64,000 bases of DNA, from the NCBI GenBank assembly GCA_964016885.1, contig CAXHJY010000159.1, positions 140,936 through 204,935 of the forward strand. The letters are read 5' to 3'. This stretch comes from Eledone cirrhosa (taxonomy: Eukaryota). Below are positions 1-13,156 of this stretch, one piece after another; the first letter of the stretch is position 1; each line of letters begins with the position of its first letter. Both the position numbers and the translations under genes were made by a program. The notes beneath the pieces are model-generated. The model had not been told where the DNA came from. It worked only from the letters and a program-made list of their open reading frames with translations, and ran no database searches.

Positions 1-180
1 TTATGTCAATACCTTATAGCTAATTCAGGCATATTAGATAAGAACAGAGGATCAAGTTAAATTGAAAATAGTTTTAATGAATTTGAAACTATTATTGAAG
101 ATAATATTCTATCTTTTTTTTAATACTTTAATTCTTAAAAAAGAATAGTAAGTTTGGTTTGAAACAGTGAGCAAAGTTTG

Positions 181-324
181 AAATAGAAATAGAAGCTTTC
201 GCCATATTTTTTTACTAAAGAAATTTTAACCTGATAGTGGAGTTTAGGTCCCTCTAAAAAATGGAAAAGGATGAGTATTGATGTCAACATTCATCCAATA
301 TGGCGACAGCTTCTATTTCTATTT
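181..324. repeat. 28 bp inverted repeat with 88 bp spacer
   Basis: 181-208 aaatagaaatagaagctttcgccatatt matches the reverse complement of 297-324 with one mismatch. Confidence 0.85.
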
Positions 325-640
325 AAAAGAATAGTAAAATTACTAAAAACTGTAGTGTTAAAATAGAATCGTTCTTATAACATGTAGAAACCAGATTGCC
401 CTGAGGCAACCCACAACAAAATATTGGAAATAACTAGGAGCAATAAAAAAAATGTGGCATTAAGAATTGCAATGAGTCCTTCCTTTATGCTATTAGAACT
501 CCACATCTCTTGGATGCCAGGTCAATATATTAACCACTGTGCTAAAGAGATGAGAGATGCAGAGTTAGATTCCTCACATGCACATCTATCCACATTTTTT
601 TCCTTCTCTAGGAGTACTTTACTTAATTTTATCAGATATT

Positions 641-1820
641 ATTTATAGTAATTGACTATTATCAATTTATAGTAGTTGACTATTATCAATTTATAGTAAT
701 TGACTATTATCAATTTATAGTAATTGACTATTATCAATTTATAGTAATTGACTATTATCAATTTATAGTAATTGACTATTATCAATTTATAGTAATTGAC
801 TATTATCAATTTATAGTAATTGACTATTATCAATTTATAGTAGTTGACTATTATCAATTTATAGTAATTGACTATTATCAATTTATAGTAGTTGACTATT
901 ATCAATTTATAGTAATTGACTATTATCAATTTATAGTAATTGACTATTATCAATTTATAGTAGTTGACTATTATCAATTTATAGTAATTGACTATTATCA
1001 ATTTATAGTAATTGACTATTATCAATTTATAGTAATTGACTATTATCAATTTATAGTAGTTGACTATTATCAATTTATAGTAATTGACTATTATCAATTT
1101 ATAGTAATTGACTATTATCAATTTATAGTAATTGACTATTATCAATTTATAGTAGTTGACTATTATCAATTTATAGTAATTGACTATTATCAATTTATAG
1201 TAATTGACTATTATCAATTTATAGTAATTGACTATTATCAATTTATAGTAGTTGACTATTATCAATTTATAGTAATTGACTATTATCAATTTATAGTAAT
1301 TGACTATTATCAATTTATAGTAATTGACTATTATCAATTTATAGTAGTTGACTATTATCAATTTATAGTAATTGACTATTATCAATTTATAGTAATTGAC
1401 TATTATCAATTTATAGTAATTGACTATTATCAATTTATAGTAGTTGACTATTATCAATTTATAGTAATTGACTATTATCAATTTATAGTAATTGACTATT
1501 ATCAATTTATAGTAATTGACTATTATCAATTTATAGTAATTGACTATTATCAATTTATAGTAATTGACTATTATCAATTTATAGTAATTGACTATTATCA
1601 ATTTATAGTAGTTGACTATTATCAATTTATAGTAATTGACTATTATCAATTTATAGTAATTGACTATTATCAATTTATAGTAATTGACTATTATCAATTT
1701 ATAGTAATTGACTATTATCAATTTATAGTAGTTGACTATTATCAATTTATAGTAATTGACTATTATCAATTTATAGTAATTGACTATTATCAATTTATAG
1801 TAGTTGACTATTATCAATTT
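641..1820. repeat. 24 bp minisatellite, 49 units of ATTTATAGTA(A/G)TTGACTATTATCA
   Basis: Read directly. One A/G variable position and no spacers. Confidence 0.99.
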
Positions 1821-2314
1821 TCCCGTTGATTTCACTACACTTCAAGCTTCATGCTTAAAATCTTCTAAAAAGATGGAATTGGTAGCCAGCGGCTCATTAG
1901 GGATGGTGAATGCACTCGCCTGGCCTCCAAGAGATTCCTTACAGGTGCTTCTGTCCATTATTTGCCCAGCTTTCTCCACTATTCACCATAGTGAATGACT
2001 ATTATTGTGGTCATATGCTTTGGGGTGCACACTTTTCAAATTTCAAATTTTCTCAATGTTTCTTAAATCAACCACTTTGTTAAATATAGAACCAAATGTT
2101 TTTGTACAAGAGTAAGTGAAAACAAACAAATAGGACAGGTCTATAGCCCTCATCAGCCACCTGGTGAGAATAGATTTATAGAATTCCATGTTACACCAGG
2201 TGGTGTCACTGTCTAAACTAGGATCTACAATAAATAAAATAAAAACACTATTAACTAAGACGTTCCCAGTTATTCTATTGTCTCCGCCTTTCTTTTCCAC
2301 CTAGCTTAACAGAC

Positions 2315-2543
2315 TTAACCCTTTAGCATTTAAACCGGCCATAACTGACCAGAATTCTCTTGCCACTTTCTGCTCAAACTAGCTGTAATTGGCCGCACAT
2401 ACTGATGTTAAGGTACTGTTCTCAAAACAAATAATAACAAAATCTCATAGATTCAATATTATGTGAGATGATTATGTGAGGTAAAGCCTTTACCACAAAA
2501 ATATAATAGTACATATAGAGTAATATAAATTCTAAAGGGTTAA
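2315..2543. mobile_element. MITE family A (piggyBac-type, TTAA TSD, TIR CCCTTTAGCATTTA), reverse orientation
   Basis: ttaa|ccctttagcattta...tctaaaggg|ttaa. The internal sequence is shared with 11 other copies in the window. Confidence 0.9.
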
Positions 2544-2817
2544 GTCAGTTGTCATTGTTACCTCTCACATGAAGAAAACTAACACTGCCCTTTTTAACTC
2601 CTTGTCCTGCCCACCTGAAGCTTTCATGGGTGTAAAATCATTCTTCTCAGACATAAAACATTTTACACTGCCTATATGCTTGAACTCAGCATTACAATTT
2701 TCCAATTCTCCTCTGACTAGCTTAACTCATCCTCACTGTAAGCTGTTTTTCTTTCTTTGGTAAGTTCTAATATCAGGTTAATGGATTAGCTATCCAGACA
2801 AAGTTGAGCTACAATTG

Positions 2818-3060
2818 TTAACCCTTTTGATACCAACCCACTCAGAATTGGCTTTGGTTCTGTGAAATGAAACTATTCATTTTTGAGGGCTCCTATTTAA
2901 ATTTAAATCTTCCAACACAATTTGAACCTTTTGTTGAGTTGTTTTACAAATACAATCTTAATATCAAAAAAGAAATAATAATTTTATTAAATCCCTACAA
3001 ATTATTTCAATAATTCAAATACAGAGTATCTCATTAGAAATATGGTAATGAAAGGGCTAA
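2818..3060. mobile_element. MITE family B (TTAA-CCCTTT termini), uninterrupted copy
   Basis: ttaacccttttgataccaacc...gaaatatggtaatgaaagggctaa. Homologous segments at about 7567-8010, 13454-13901, 18626-18820, 44576-44807 and 49490-50256. Confidence 0.75.
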
Positions 3061-4935
3061 TCTATATCAGTTCTCAAATGTTTGTCCAGTTTAGTAACAT
3101 AACTGTGAGCTATGTTATATCAATGATAACATCAGTTCCATTCCATCCAAGGACTCCCCATTATATTTTTTTTCATAAATAATTTGATAAAATTCAAATT
3201 GTAATTCACCTCCAATATATTCAAACAGTTGTTACCTAGTTTAAACATTACAACTGTTACTGACACCGTCTACTTTCCCAGCTGGTTTTCACTCAAGTAT
3301 TCTTTCTCTCATCAAACACCAATTCCAACTTAACTGGCTATGAAGTAAAAATCCAGATATCTTCTTTAGAACCTAGAAAATGCGCTATTTTTTTACACAG
3401 AGTTGCATCAAATTGATCATTGAAACTACTCTCAAATAAGCTCAAACTATCAACTGAAATACTGCACCTCTGTCACACATATGTATACCTGAGGAGAGAA
3501 TGTCTTCTATTACCTTTTGTTTGTCAGCTCTTCTATTACAGTACACTATGCTCTATAACATCTACTTTCTAGATTCTCATCAAGAAACAAGAAACTGCCT
3601 CTAACTTTCACAAATCTTTTCTTCTCTAAATGGAATAAAATTTTACACAAATTATTTTCCAGGGTATTCCTTGATCCCTTCTATGCTCAATCCAAAACTT
3701 TCAATTACTTGTCATAAATTCTAAACTTCTCTTAGAGAGGGCCCTTAACTCCTGATGAAGTAGTAAGGGCATTTAAAAGCCACTGGAGCCTAACCCTCTC
3801 AAGGTTAAAACATAGCCGATTTCTTCCAGAGAAGGAAAGAAAAACATTGACTCCAGTACTTGACTGGTACCTTATTTACCGACCTCAAAGGGATGAAAGG
3901 AAAAGTTGACCTCAGCAGGATTTGAACTCAGAGCTTGAAAAAAACACCGAGGTATTTTTAATTTGATGCCCTAACAACTCTGTTAATTTGCTGTCTTAAC
4001 TCATCATTAAGTATATGAAATTATTAACTCTAAAAAAGTTTGTATATATAACTACCAATGAGAGTGTATGAATCTAAAAACTCATACCAAATCTACACAA
4101 ATTCCTTCTAGATATTAACTGATGTCTAAACAGTCTAACCATTATAGCCTGAGTTGTTTTTACTGTACCAAAGGTGAATGAGACCCCACTAGGTAAAAAT
4201 CATGATCCTTTATTGACACATTTGTATGATCTCATTATGGGTTATAACTGCAAATGTATTTTAGAACAAAGCTCTACTATTTTGTAGAATGCATCCTGAT
4301 ATTCCTACCAAATATTTTCATGCTATATCTTACTATTCTAGCTACGAATGTGTAGAATCCTGTCTGATATTACAGCCAGAAATTTGTAAAAGGTCTACAA
4401 AATGTCTGAACAGAAATACAAGTTGGGCAGTTACTAGTGACAATGGTTAGATTTAGTTAAGGATATTTTGCCAATAATTTTCATTGAATTGAATAAAATC
4501 AATTTTATGAATATTATAATTTTTTTTTTTTTGCTGACTCAGACTTTTGTTTCTTCGATGGTCTAGAGATTTTGTGTTTTTGTTTTTGTTTTGTTTTGTT
4601 GTTGCTTTTTCTTTCCATTGGTATTATGCCAAGTATGTTATCAGATCTGATCAGCTAATATAGGAAACTATTTTCTTTGATGTAAAGGAAATAAGTTTAA
4701 TGGTTTGGTTAATAATCATTTCCTGGGATAGAACACAGACTAGATACAAGGGTTTATAGTAAATATTTTAAGACACAAAGAATGCTAAACACGTTTTAAT
4801 GGATGTCAAGAAAATATATTACAGATATTACAATTGTACACTGATCAGCAGCAAATATGTTACTTCTTGCTATTTATATATTTCACTATTGTAGATTATC
4901 AGCTCAAAAATGGAATTTCATTTTACATTAACATT

Positions 4936-4941
4936 TTTATT
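4936..4941 (-). promoter_or_regulatory. Candidate polyadenylation signal AATAAA of the PTGR3-like gene
   Basis: AATAAA on the minus strand about 125 nt after the stop codon. This hexamer is common by chance in AT-rich DNA. Confidence 0.4.
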
Positions 4942-5066
4942 CAAAAATATATTTGATTGTATGCCTTGAAACTATATATTTATAAATGAATAATACATAA
5001 TTCGTTTTTCTACTCTATGTTTATGCATGCACACACACAGACAGAGAACATAGATATGATTTAAAA

Positions 5067-5126
5067 TTACTTTTCAGCATTGAGCTCCACTATCAGTTTA
5101 CCATGGCCACCTTGATTGTACATACA
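5067..5126 (-). CDS. PTGR3: PTGR3-like terminal coding exon j: CMYNQGGHGKLIVELNAEK*
   Basis: Acceptor caatttcag, TAA stop at 5069-5067. GKLIVEL matches the MDR C-terminal GKIVVEL strand. Confidence 0.9.
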   Translation of the reverse strand, partial: CMYNQGGHGKLIVELNAEK

Positions 5127-6211
5127 CTGAAATTGTAAAGAAACATTAGAATAGATTATATAAAAATCATTAGTTTTCCAAATATGCAATGAAATAATCA
5201 TATATCAGTAGGTTTTTGTTTGTTTTTTAAGATTGATTAATAAAATAGAAAAGAATTCAGAAATAGTAATGCATATACAGTATTGAAATTTTGTTGATAA
5301 ATATTTTGCAAATCACAAATAAAACCAATACTGTCTCTTTGTTATAATATAGCTTCAATAACAAAGTAATGTTTAAAATGTATACACAATAGCTACAAGC
5401 TTATCTGATTTGGTAATACATCTCTGTGACCTAAATAGAAGCTTTGTTTAGTATTGTTTTTCACATGACTAAAGGAAAACCTAGCAAATCACAAATGTTC
5501 TCAAATAAAAAGAAAGGAATTTAATGGTGAAAAAATAGGATATATCAGCTGTATGTATCAAATGTTGAGACTGTATGACTTCTTTTCTAAGATATCCTGT
5601 TTTAGTATCAAATTCTTTCATCAGCATTCCATAATTACCATCTTACATCAATCAGTTCTGTATTTTAATTCTTTGTTACTGCTGTCGAGTACCAAAATTT
5701 CAGATGGAACTCCTTCACTTATCTCCTCCTGCGTAAATCTGAGGTTTTGTACTAATGTAGAAATATCAGTAGGCATTATGAAGTTAATGTTACACTTCAG
5801 AGATGAAAGGCTATTATTCATAATCATTGATTTTGTCAGACATTATGCTCAGACATTATTGTCAGACATTATTTTCAACTATAATTGAGATTTAGTAACT
5901 CGGGAATTGATAAAAGATGAAAGGAACCAATATTGAAAAAATGCAAATGATATTACTCACAAAGTCACTGACTATAATATGTTTACTATTTTATCATTAG
6001 ACCTTCAGAACATTCCTTCATCAAGGAAGAAACATTGATGAAAGGATTCTAAATGTTTCATATATTGCAGAAGATATATTTCTGAGATTAGGAAACTTAG
6101 AGCAGTAATTCTCAAATGAAATCTTTTTCATAAGGAATAAGTTTCAAAATTGAGACTGTAAATTTGGAAAATAAGATTAAATTTGCTTGACAAATAGCAA
6201 GGAATAGTTAC

Positions 6212-6379
6212 CTCAACAGCATCCGGGATCATTTCAAGCCCAGTGAAAGTAGTAGGAAACACATTGCTTTTTATTTCCTTCTTCACCAAAAGAGTGATCA
6301 ACTTATTTATGTATTCAGGAATAAGTGCAGAATAGTGTGGTAGGAAAAAGCCTCTTATACTTGCAGATTTTGTTAACAA
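6212..6379 (-). CDS. PTGR3: PTGR3-like exon i: LLTKSASIRGFFLPHYSALIPEYINKLITLLVKKEIKSNVFPTTFTGLEMIPDAVE
   Basis: Acceptor ttttgtag, donor gag|gtaact, 168 nt. Matches LLKKSASVQGFFL...FTGLE. Lies in ORF 6128..6379. Confidence 0.96.
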
Positions 6380-7566
6380 CTACAAAATAAAAACCAATGC
6401 AGTATTAATATTTGTTTTTCTTTAAAATTTAGTTAGATATTCCATATATATAATGATAAAAATCATACATAAAAATCACAGCAAGAGTTTATAAGTAGGT
6501 TAGAGCCAAACAAAGGAACCTTTACATAGTAGATTGCCAAATCGCAGCCAAATCTTAATCAAACTACATCTTTAAAAAAAAGACAAAATATTTTGGATAA
6601 TGTAGTCCCTAGTATATAAAAAATATAGAATAGTCATGACTGAAACACCTTTTATATAAAGATTTGCTCCACCAGGGATTACCTGAGTTAAATAAAAACA
6701 ACAATATCATCTAAGGGACCTAGTTGTCCATGTAATGGTAAACATATCACTTGATGTTGTTTCTCACAATAGGATAGTGCCAAAACATTGGTCTCCCAAC
6801 AAATAGCAGCTGATCATACAACAGTTTTGTCAGTTGTTGTTTAACACTGGGTTAACTCTGATCAGACAGAACAATAATCAAAGGCAATCTAGTGTATCTA
6901 ACAGTACATTATCCAGTAGGTCCTTCCCTTTTAAAGATATTAGGGTTTGATTTGAAGATTTGGCAGCTATTTCTGGCAGGTCAAATAACATTATATAAGC
7001 TCTCTAGTTTGGCTCATGGAATCAAAAATCATATTCCTAGTGCCCCCTTCATCATGAAATATTCTCTGTGACAAGCGGTAAATATGAACAAAGCAGGATA
7101 TTCCATTTCAATTAAAGATAAATTTTCAGTTAACCCTTTTATTAGCTAACTTTTTCTTTAAGCTGGTGTTTGAAGCATAACTTGACATAAAATTATAATG
7201 AAAGTTTTAAATTTAAATATGAATACTTTAAAACGTATGTAAGCTGGTGTTTGTAGCATAACTTGACATAAAATTATAATGGGAAGTTTAAATTTAAATA
7301 TGAACACTTTAAAACATATGTATCATATAGGCAGTTTGAGGACAATGTGGTATCAGGAATGTTAAATTTCTCAATCTAATAAATGCTTTTTTTTTTTTAT
7401 CCTTTTCAAATTCTTGAATAAAGCAACAAGAAAAGAAAATCATACAGAACCAACAAACATTACAACATTGTTTGCAACGTATTATGAAGGAAAAGATTCT
7501 ACTCTCAAATCCCAATTGCTGTTAAGGATGAACTTTATTTCAAACTTAAACTTTAAGAAAGCCATG

Positions 7567-8010
7567 ACCTTTTGATATCAACCCACCTAAAACTGCTTCT
7601 ATGAAACAAAACCACCTAGCATTTACATTACTCTATATTTACTTTTGAATTTTAATGATAAAGGCTTTACCTCACATAATTATCTCACATAATATTGAAT
7701 CTATGAGATTTTGATATTATTTATTTTGAGAACAATACTTTAACATCAGTATGGGTGGCTGATTAAAGCCAGTTAAAGAGATAAGAGAATTCTGACCAGA
7801 TATGGCCAGTTTAAATGCTAAAGGGTTAAAAGGTTCCTATTCAAAATAAAATCTTCCCACATAATTTTATATAAGAAGTTTTGTTAAGTTATGTTACAAA
7901 TGCTATCTTATTAATGAAATAATTAATAATTTTAGAAAATCGCTCGAAATTCTTCATTAATTAATTCAAGTCTAGTATATTTCATTAGAAATATGGTAAT
8001 GAAATCATTA
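7567..8010. mobile_element. MITE B interrupted by MITE A (7615-7829)
   Basis: B left end, then an A body ending gggttaa, then B resumes at aaggttcctattcaaa. Confidence 0.8.
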
Positions 8011-8869
8011 AATATTTCAATAACTAACCATTATTCTTTCGAATAATGATTAATACAATCAGTCACAGGAGGCTGGTTGCATATAACTATGTTGCTTAAC
8101 TTCCAAACAACCTTATTTAATGGTTGAGTGGTTATTTCTTCTAATAAGAACAAATCCTATCCATGCATATCTGGAAAACAGATTATACTGTGTCAAATCC
8201 TATCCATGCATATCTGGAAAGCAGATTATACTGTGTCTAAGAATTGAACACAAAGCTCCTAAGGGTACATTGATTTCAAGAAGAAACTAAGGCATCATTT
8301 TACAAGGAACACTGTGCATTTGTAATGAATTATAATTCCAATTGACCAGGTCTTCTTTGTATGATGTCAAGTTGCACATGTAAAACAACTGTCCCTGGAA
8401 TCATATTTCGGCCAATCATGTTGTATCTTTGTAATGGAATTAATCTACCTTTACAGCTGGGTAATATTGCCAGTAACAACCATGTAATCAAAGTTAAACA
8501 CAGATATGCTTTTTCCAAGATACCTAGAAAATGTTAGTAGCAGCAAAGCAGCTTACCTGACAACAGTGAAAATCTTTAATGATGCTAAACTTCCACTATT
8601 ATACCAATGAACTGACAGATTGCAATAAACAAACTTTTCTTTGATAAGAAATAACAATGTTCTGCTACTCATTTCTTTTAGAAATTGAGATCCTTCTTCT
8701 AGCAATAAAAAGTTTTCCGAGAAGTCACTTTTCTGACATAACACACATATTACAAAAGTATTAGACACACATATACAATGTTATTTATATAAATATTACC
8801 ATGTGTATATCTTGATTTTAGAATAGACACACTGCTTATCATAAGTCTAAAGTCTGTTTTAAGCCAGAA

Positions 8870-9115
8870 GGCTTATTAGGCCAGTGCTTATTCCGGTTTC
8901 ATGGCATGAAGCGACTGAGATTACGAGACTTCTCCTTGGACAGGGTGCCAGTTCCTTGCAGGGTTAAATACCCAGCTATTTCTGGTACAAATTTCCAGCT
9001 GAGTATACTGGAGCAACGTGAAATGAAATGTTTTGCTCAAGAACACAACACACAATCCAGCCCAGGAATCCAACCCAATGACATTATGATCATAAGACCA
9101 ACACCCTTACCACTT
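8870..9115 (-). mobile_element. tRNA/CORE-like SINE, degenerate
   Basis: Reverse complement of tgtgttcttgagcaaaacatttcatttcacgttgctccagtatactcagctg, shared with the copies at 19958, 22947, 52878 and 58203. Confidence 0.75.
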
Positions 9116-9315
9116 ATCATAAGAGGTGACCAAAAGGGTCGGAATGAAGAAAGGCATCTGACTGTAAAATATTGTCTCAAAACATTCCATCCAGCATGGA
9201 AAAGTGGGCACAAAAGTGATGATCATGATGATTAATACCTAAAATGAACTTCTAAATATTCTAATTAAAACAATTCAAACTTTCTACAAAACTATCAAAT
9301 TGTCTTCATTCTACT

Positions 9316-9544
9316 TTAACCCTTTAGCATTTACATTACTCTATATTTACCATTATATTTTCACTGTAAAGGCTTTACTTCACATAATTATTTCACATAA
9401 TATTGAATCTATGAGATGTTGATATTATGTATTTTGAGAACAACACCTTAACATCAGTATGAGCAGCTGGTTACAGGTGGTTTGAACAGAAAGAGGTGAG
9501 AGGATTCTGGCCAGATACATCTGGTTTAAATGCTAAAGAGTTAA
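9316..9544. mobile_element. MITE family A, forward
   Basis: TTAA-flanked, TIRs present, shared body. Confidence 0.9.
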
Positions 9545-9754
9545 AGTTAAGGATTGATCAAATCATCTGTAATTATATTTGTAGGTACAACATTAAATTA
9601 TTGTCACTTCTAAAGTAGTGTTGTATATAATAGAAATTGTAATTCTGAGTCAATTAATAGGAGTCAAATCATTACATTGCCAGAAACATTTACTGACATC
9701 CTATGACAGATGCAAAACAGTAAAAATATAAGTTTTGATAATAATAATAATGAT

Positions 9755-10192
9755 TTCTAGTATAGGCACAAGGCCAGTAAATTGGGGAGGGGGTCGATTA
9801 AATCGACCCCAGTACGTGACTGGTACTTTATTTTATTGACCCCATAAGGATGAAAGGCAAAGATAACCTCAGTGGGATTTGAACTCAGAATGAAAGGGCT
9901 GTAACTCTATGCTGCAAAGCATGGAGTCCGACACTACTGATATTGCCAATCCACCGCCCTAATAATAATAATAATAATGATAATAATAATAATAATAATA
10001 ATAATTGTTTCTACTTTGGGCACAAGGCCAGCAATTATCCCAGTGTATTACTGGTACTTTATTTTATCGACCCCCGTAAGGATGAAAGGCAAAGTTAACC
10101 TCGGCGGGATTTGAACTCAGTCCGTAAAGGGACGTAACTGTGCTGCAAAACATGGCGTCCGACCCTCTACCGACACTGCCAATCCACCGCCC

Positions 10193-10231
<39 letters not shown>

Positions 10232-10914
10232 TTGTTTCTGAATTAGGCATAGGGCTAACAATTTTAGGGAGAGGAAAGTCGATTAAATCAAGCCCTGTGT
10301 GTTACTGGTACTTTATTTTATCTACACCATAAGAATGAAAGGCCAAGCTAATCTTGGTAGGATTTGAATTCAGAACATAAAGGGACGCAACTATAGGCCA
10401 CAATGCTCTGCCGATACTGCCAATCCACCAATAATAATTGTTTCTACTTTTGGCACAAGGCCAGCAATTACCCAGTGCATTACTGGTACTTTATTTTATC
10501 GACCCCGTTAGGATGAAAGGCAAAGTTAACCTCGGCGGGATTTGAACTCAGAATGGCCAATAATAAATCCACCAATAATAATAATATATAATCATTATCA
10601 TCATCATCATCACAAATATTACTGTTTAATATCTATTTTTCATTCTTGCATGGGTTAGATGGGTTGTCATGTTCTGAGTCTAAGCAAGTCAGATAACAAT
10701 GTTTCATCCATATTATACCATTCTAAGGCGGTGGATTGGCAGTATCAGTAGAGGGTCAGACACCATGCTTTGCAGCACAGAGTTACGGCCCTTTACGTTC
10801 TGGATTAATATCCCGCCGAGGTTAACTTTGCTTTTCCTCCTTACGGGGTCGATAAAATAAAGTACCAGTAATACACTGGTGTAATTGCTGGCCTTGTGCC
10901 AAAAGAAAAAAACA
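9755..10914. mobile_element. Cluster of five tRNA-derived SINEs (four minus-strand head-to-tail copies at 9755-10552, one plus-strand copy at 10726-10914)
   Basis: A box TGGCAGTATCGG, B box GAGTTCAAATCC, central GCCTTTCATCCTTACGGGGTCGATAAAATAAAGTACC, 3' end TAGAAACAAT followed by (TAT)n. The central block resembles the MetaSINE-type domain as I recall it; unverified. Confidence 0.88.
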
Positions 10915-12877
10915 ATTATTCTATTCTAGCCCTTTCTAATGCCTATCACTTCACAACATGAACCAGGTGTGTTTTGTCATCTGACAGGGTTTTCAGGGTG
11001 CTTTTTGTATTAGCACTAGCACTATCACTTTACAGAGTAGACTAGGTGCATTTTATTGTAGTACCAGCATGACCACTTATCAACACTAGAGTGCTTTTTC
11101 TGTCATTCTTGGTTGGGATGGAAAGGCAGTGATAGAAATAGGGAATGTGAGAGTGTGTGGGGGGGGGGGTACAAGATATATGTTGCTTACCAAGTGAGGA
11201 AGAAAGTGAGTAAAAGACAAAGGTTACCCTAGAGTGACTTCTTGAAGTACGTTGTAGGGCACACTCAGCTTTCCCTGTTGACATGGGTTGAGTGAGGAAG
11301 GAGGAATCAGGGATGTGAATGGGAGGGAAGACTAGGATGGGAAGATAAATATAGAGGGGGGGAAAGGAGGGCTTTAAAAAAATAAAATGCATATATATAT
11401 ATATATAGAGAGGGAATGTGAATGGGGAGATTGTAACATAGGATGTGATATATTTACTAAAATATTAAAGTACTTAATACACAAATGCAAAGAAGTATAT
11501 AGGGTGGAATGTATATATATTTAGTTAAATGAATGAAAGCATTTTCAATGTTTTGAAAATTATAAAAGCTAAAATAAGATAAAATATCTGGCGAAAATAA
11601 CAATATTAGTTGGGAAATAGTATTTGTTCATTAGTAAGTATTAATTGTTGTTTTGTTTATTTTAGTTTAGTTAAAGAGGAAAGGTCAGTGTTCATGACCT
11701 TTTTCAGGGCCTCTGAAGCTGGAGGGAAGGAAGGAGAAAGGTATCCTCAAACCAGAGAGATCTGGCCTGAGTACTTGCAATAGAGTGGATGCTGCTAAAG
11801 GAACCCAAGAGTCAGATGTGGTGTTAAACTAGGTGATGGTTTAAGTCTACCCTCCAAGTAGGCCACAGTGGGATTTAAGAGCCTAAACAAATACTGTAAG
11901 GCATCTTGTCTGATGTTCTAACAATTCCCTCAACCCACCACACTAGAATTCTACCTTATCAACCCATAATGGCTGAAATGTAAGATTGATTTCAGTAGGA
12001 TTTGAACTTAAGTTGCAGAACAAATACTGCAAAGTATTCTATCCTCCACTCTAATGAATCTGCTAATATGGTCTCTATAGAGATAACTCCAGACATTTCA
12101 CTCTCATTTAGGATCTTTAGTAGAAGTAAGATATTGTCAAAACTGCAAAAGTGTTAATAAGTGAATACATGCAATCACACCAGCATATGATTACTAATTT
12201 AAGTGGATGCCAACTCTCCTTAGTCTATGTGAAGGCAAGCTTGAAATGATGGTTTAGCATGGGGCCACTTGAATTGTGACATCAGCAATGACTCAGCTGT
12301 ATAATTTCAAATGTACAAGGAGGTATTTAAAAGTGTGGGCATGTGAAGATTAACTCAAATTTTTGCAAGTGTAGAAATAGAGGAGAATTCATCATCCTCA
12401 TTAACATCATCATCACCATTTATACGTCTGCCTTTTCCATGCCAACATGAGCAAAATGTGACCTTTTTAAGTAGTGATTTATGGCCATATACCAGTCCTT
12501 CCTGATGTCACCTCTCTTTTTATTGCCTCTTACAATATGGACTAGATATATATATATATATGTGCTATTTTCCTGTTAGAAATGTTGCTGATCTTTTTAT
12601 AAATTTCTGAAGAGAACAAATAGAGCTAAAACTGATAATGCAATCTCTGTATATTCTTATCTGTCACCTATTTTTTGCCAAGAATATAATGTGCTATTTT
12701 CCTTATATTGATGATTGAAGGAGCTGATATGCAGGTGTTAGCTACCTTTGAAGGTGTTTTTAATAAGCTTTGTATAGAAAACTAGTTTGCTTTTTATGAT
12801 TTTGCCTGGTATCTCACAATTTTGTCAAACATTGTTGACCTAGGAAGCAGAATTTTGCAATTACTCTTATTCCCCTG

Positions 12878-12887
12878 TGAGGAGGAG

Positions 12888-12937
<50 letters not shown>

Positions 12938-12968
12938 TTGGTGGTGGTGGTGGTGGTGGTTGTGGTGC

Positions 12969-13029
<61 letters not shown>

Positions 13030-13122
13030 AGTGGTGGTGGTAGTGGTAGTGGTAGCGGTGGTGGTGGTAGTAGTAGTAGTAGTAGAGTAGTATTGGTGGT
13101 GGTGGTAGTAGTGGTGGTGGTG

Positions 13123-13156
<34 letters not shown>
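12878..13156. repeat. Compound (GTA)n/(GTG)n trinucleotide microsatellite
   Basis: Read directly. Confidence 0.98.

Noticed and set aside
641-1820. CRISPR array or a 398 aa (KLIIVNYY)n protein-coding gene
   Set aside because: Units are contiguous with no unique spacers and there are no cas genes. The ORF follows from a stop-free 24 bp unit and has only a GTG start.
1820-3700. Second host gene downstream of PTGR3
   Set aside because: The short ORFs show no recognisable motifs and no consistent splice chain. Probably decayed TE or intergenic DNA, though small exons could have been missed by eye.
8330-8518. 62 aa ORF with a signal-peptide-like start; an LHGCYW string in another frame resembling a Vsr/Polinton motif
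   Set aside because: TTG start, no recognisable family, and the other frame is closed by nearby stops. I cannot support either reading without a search.
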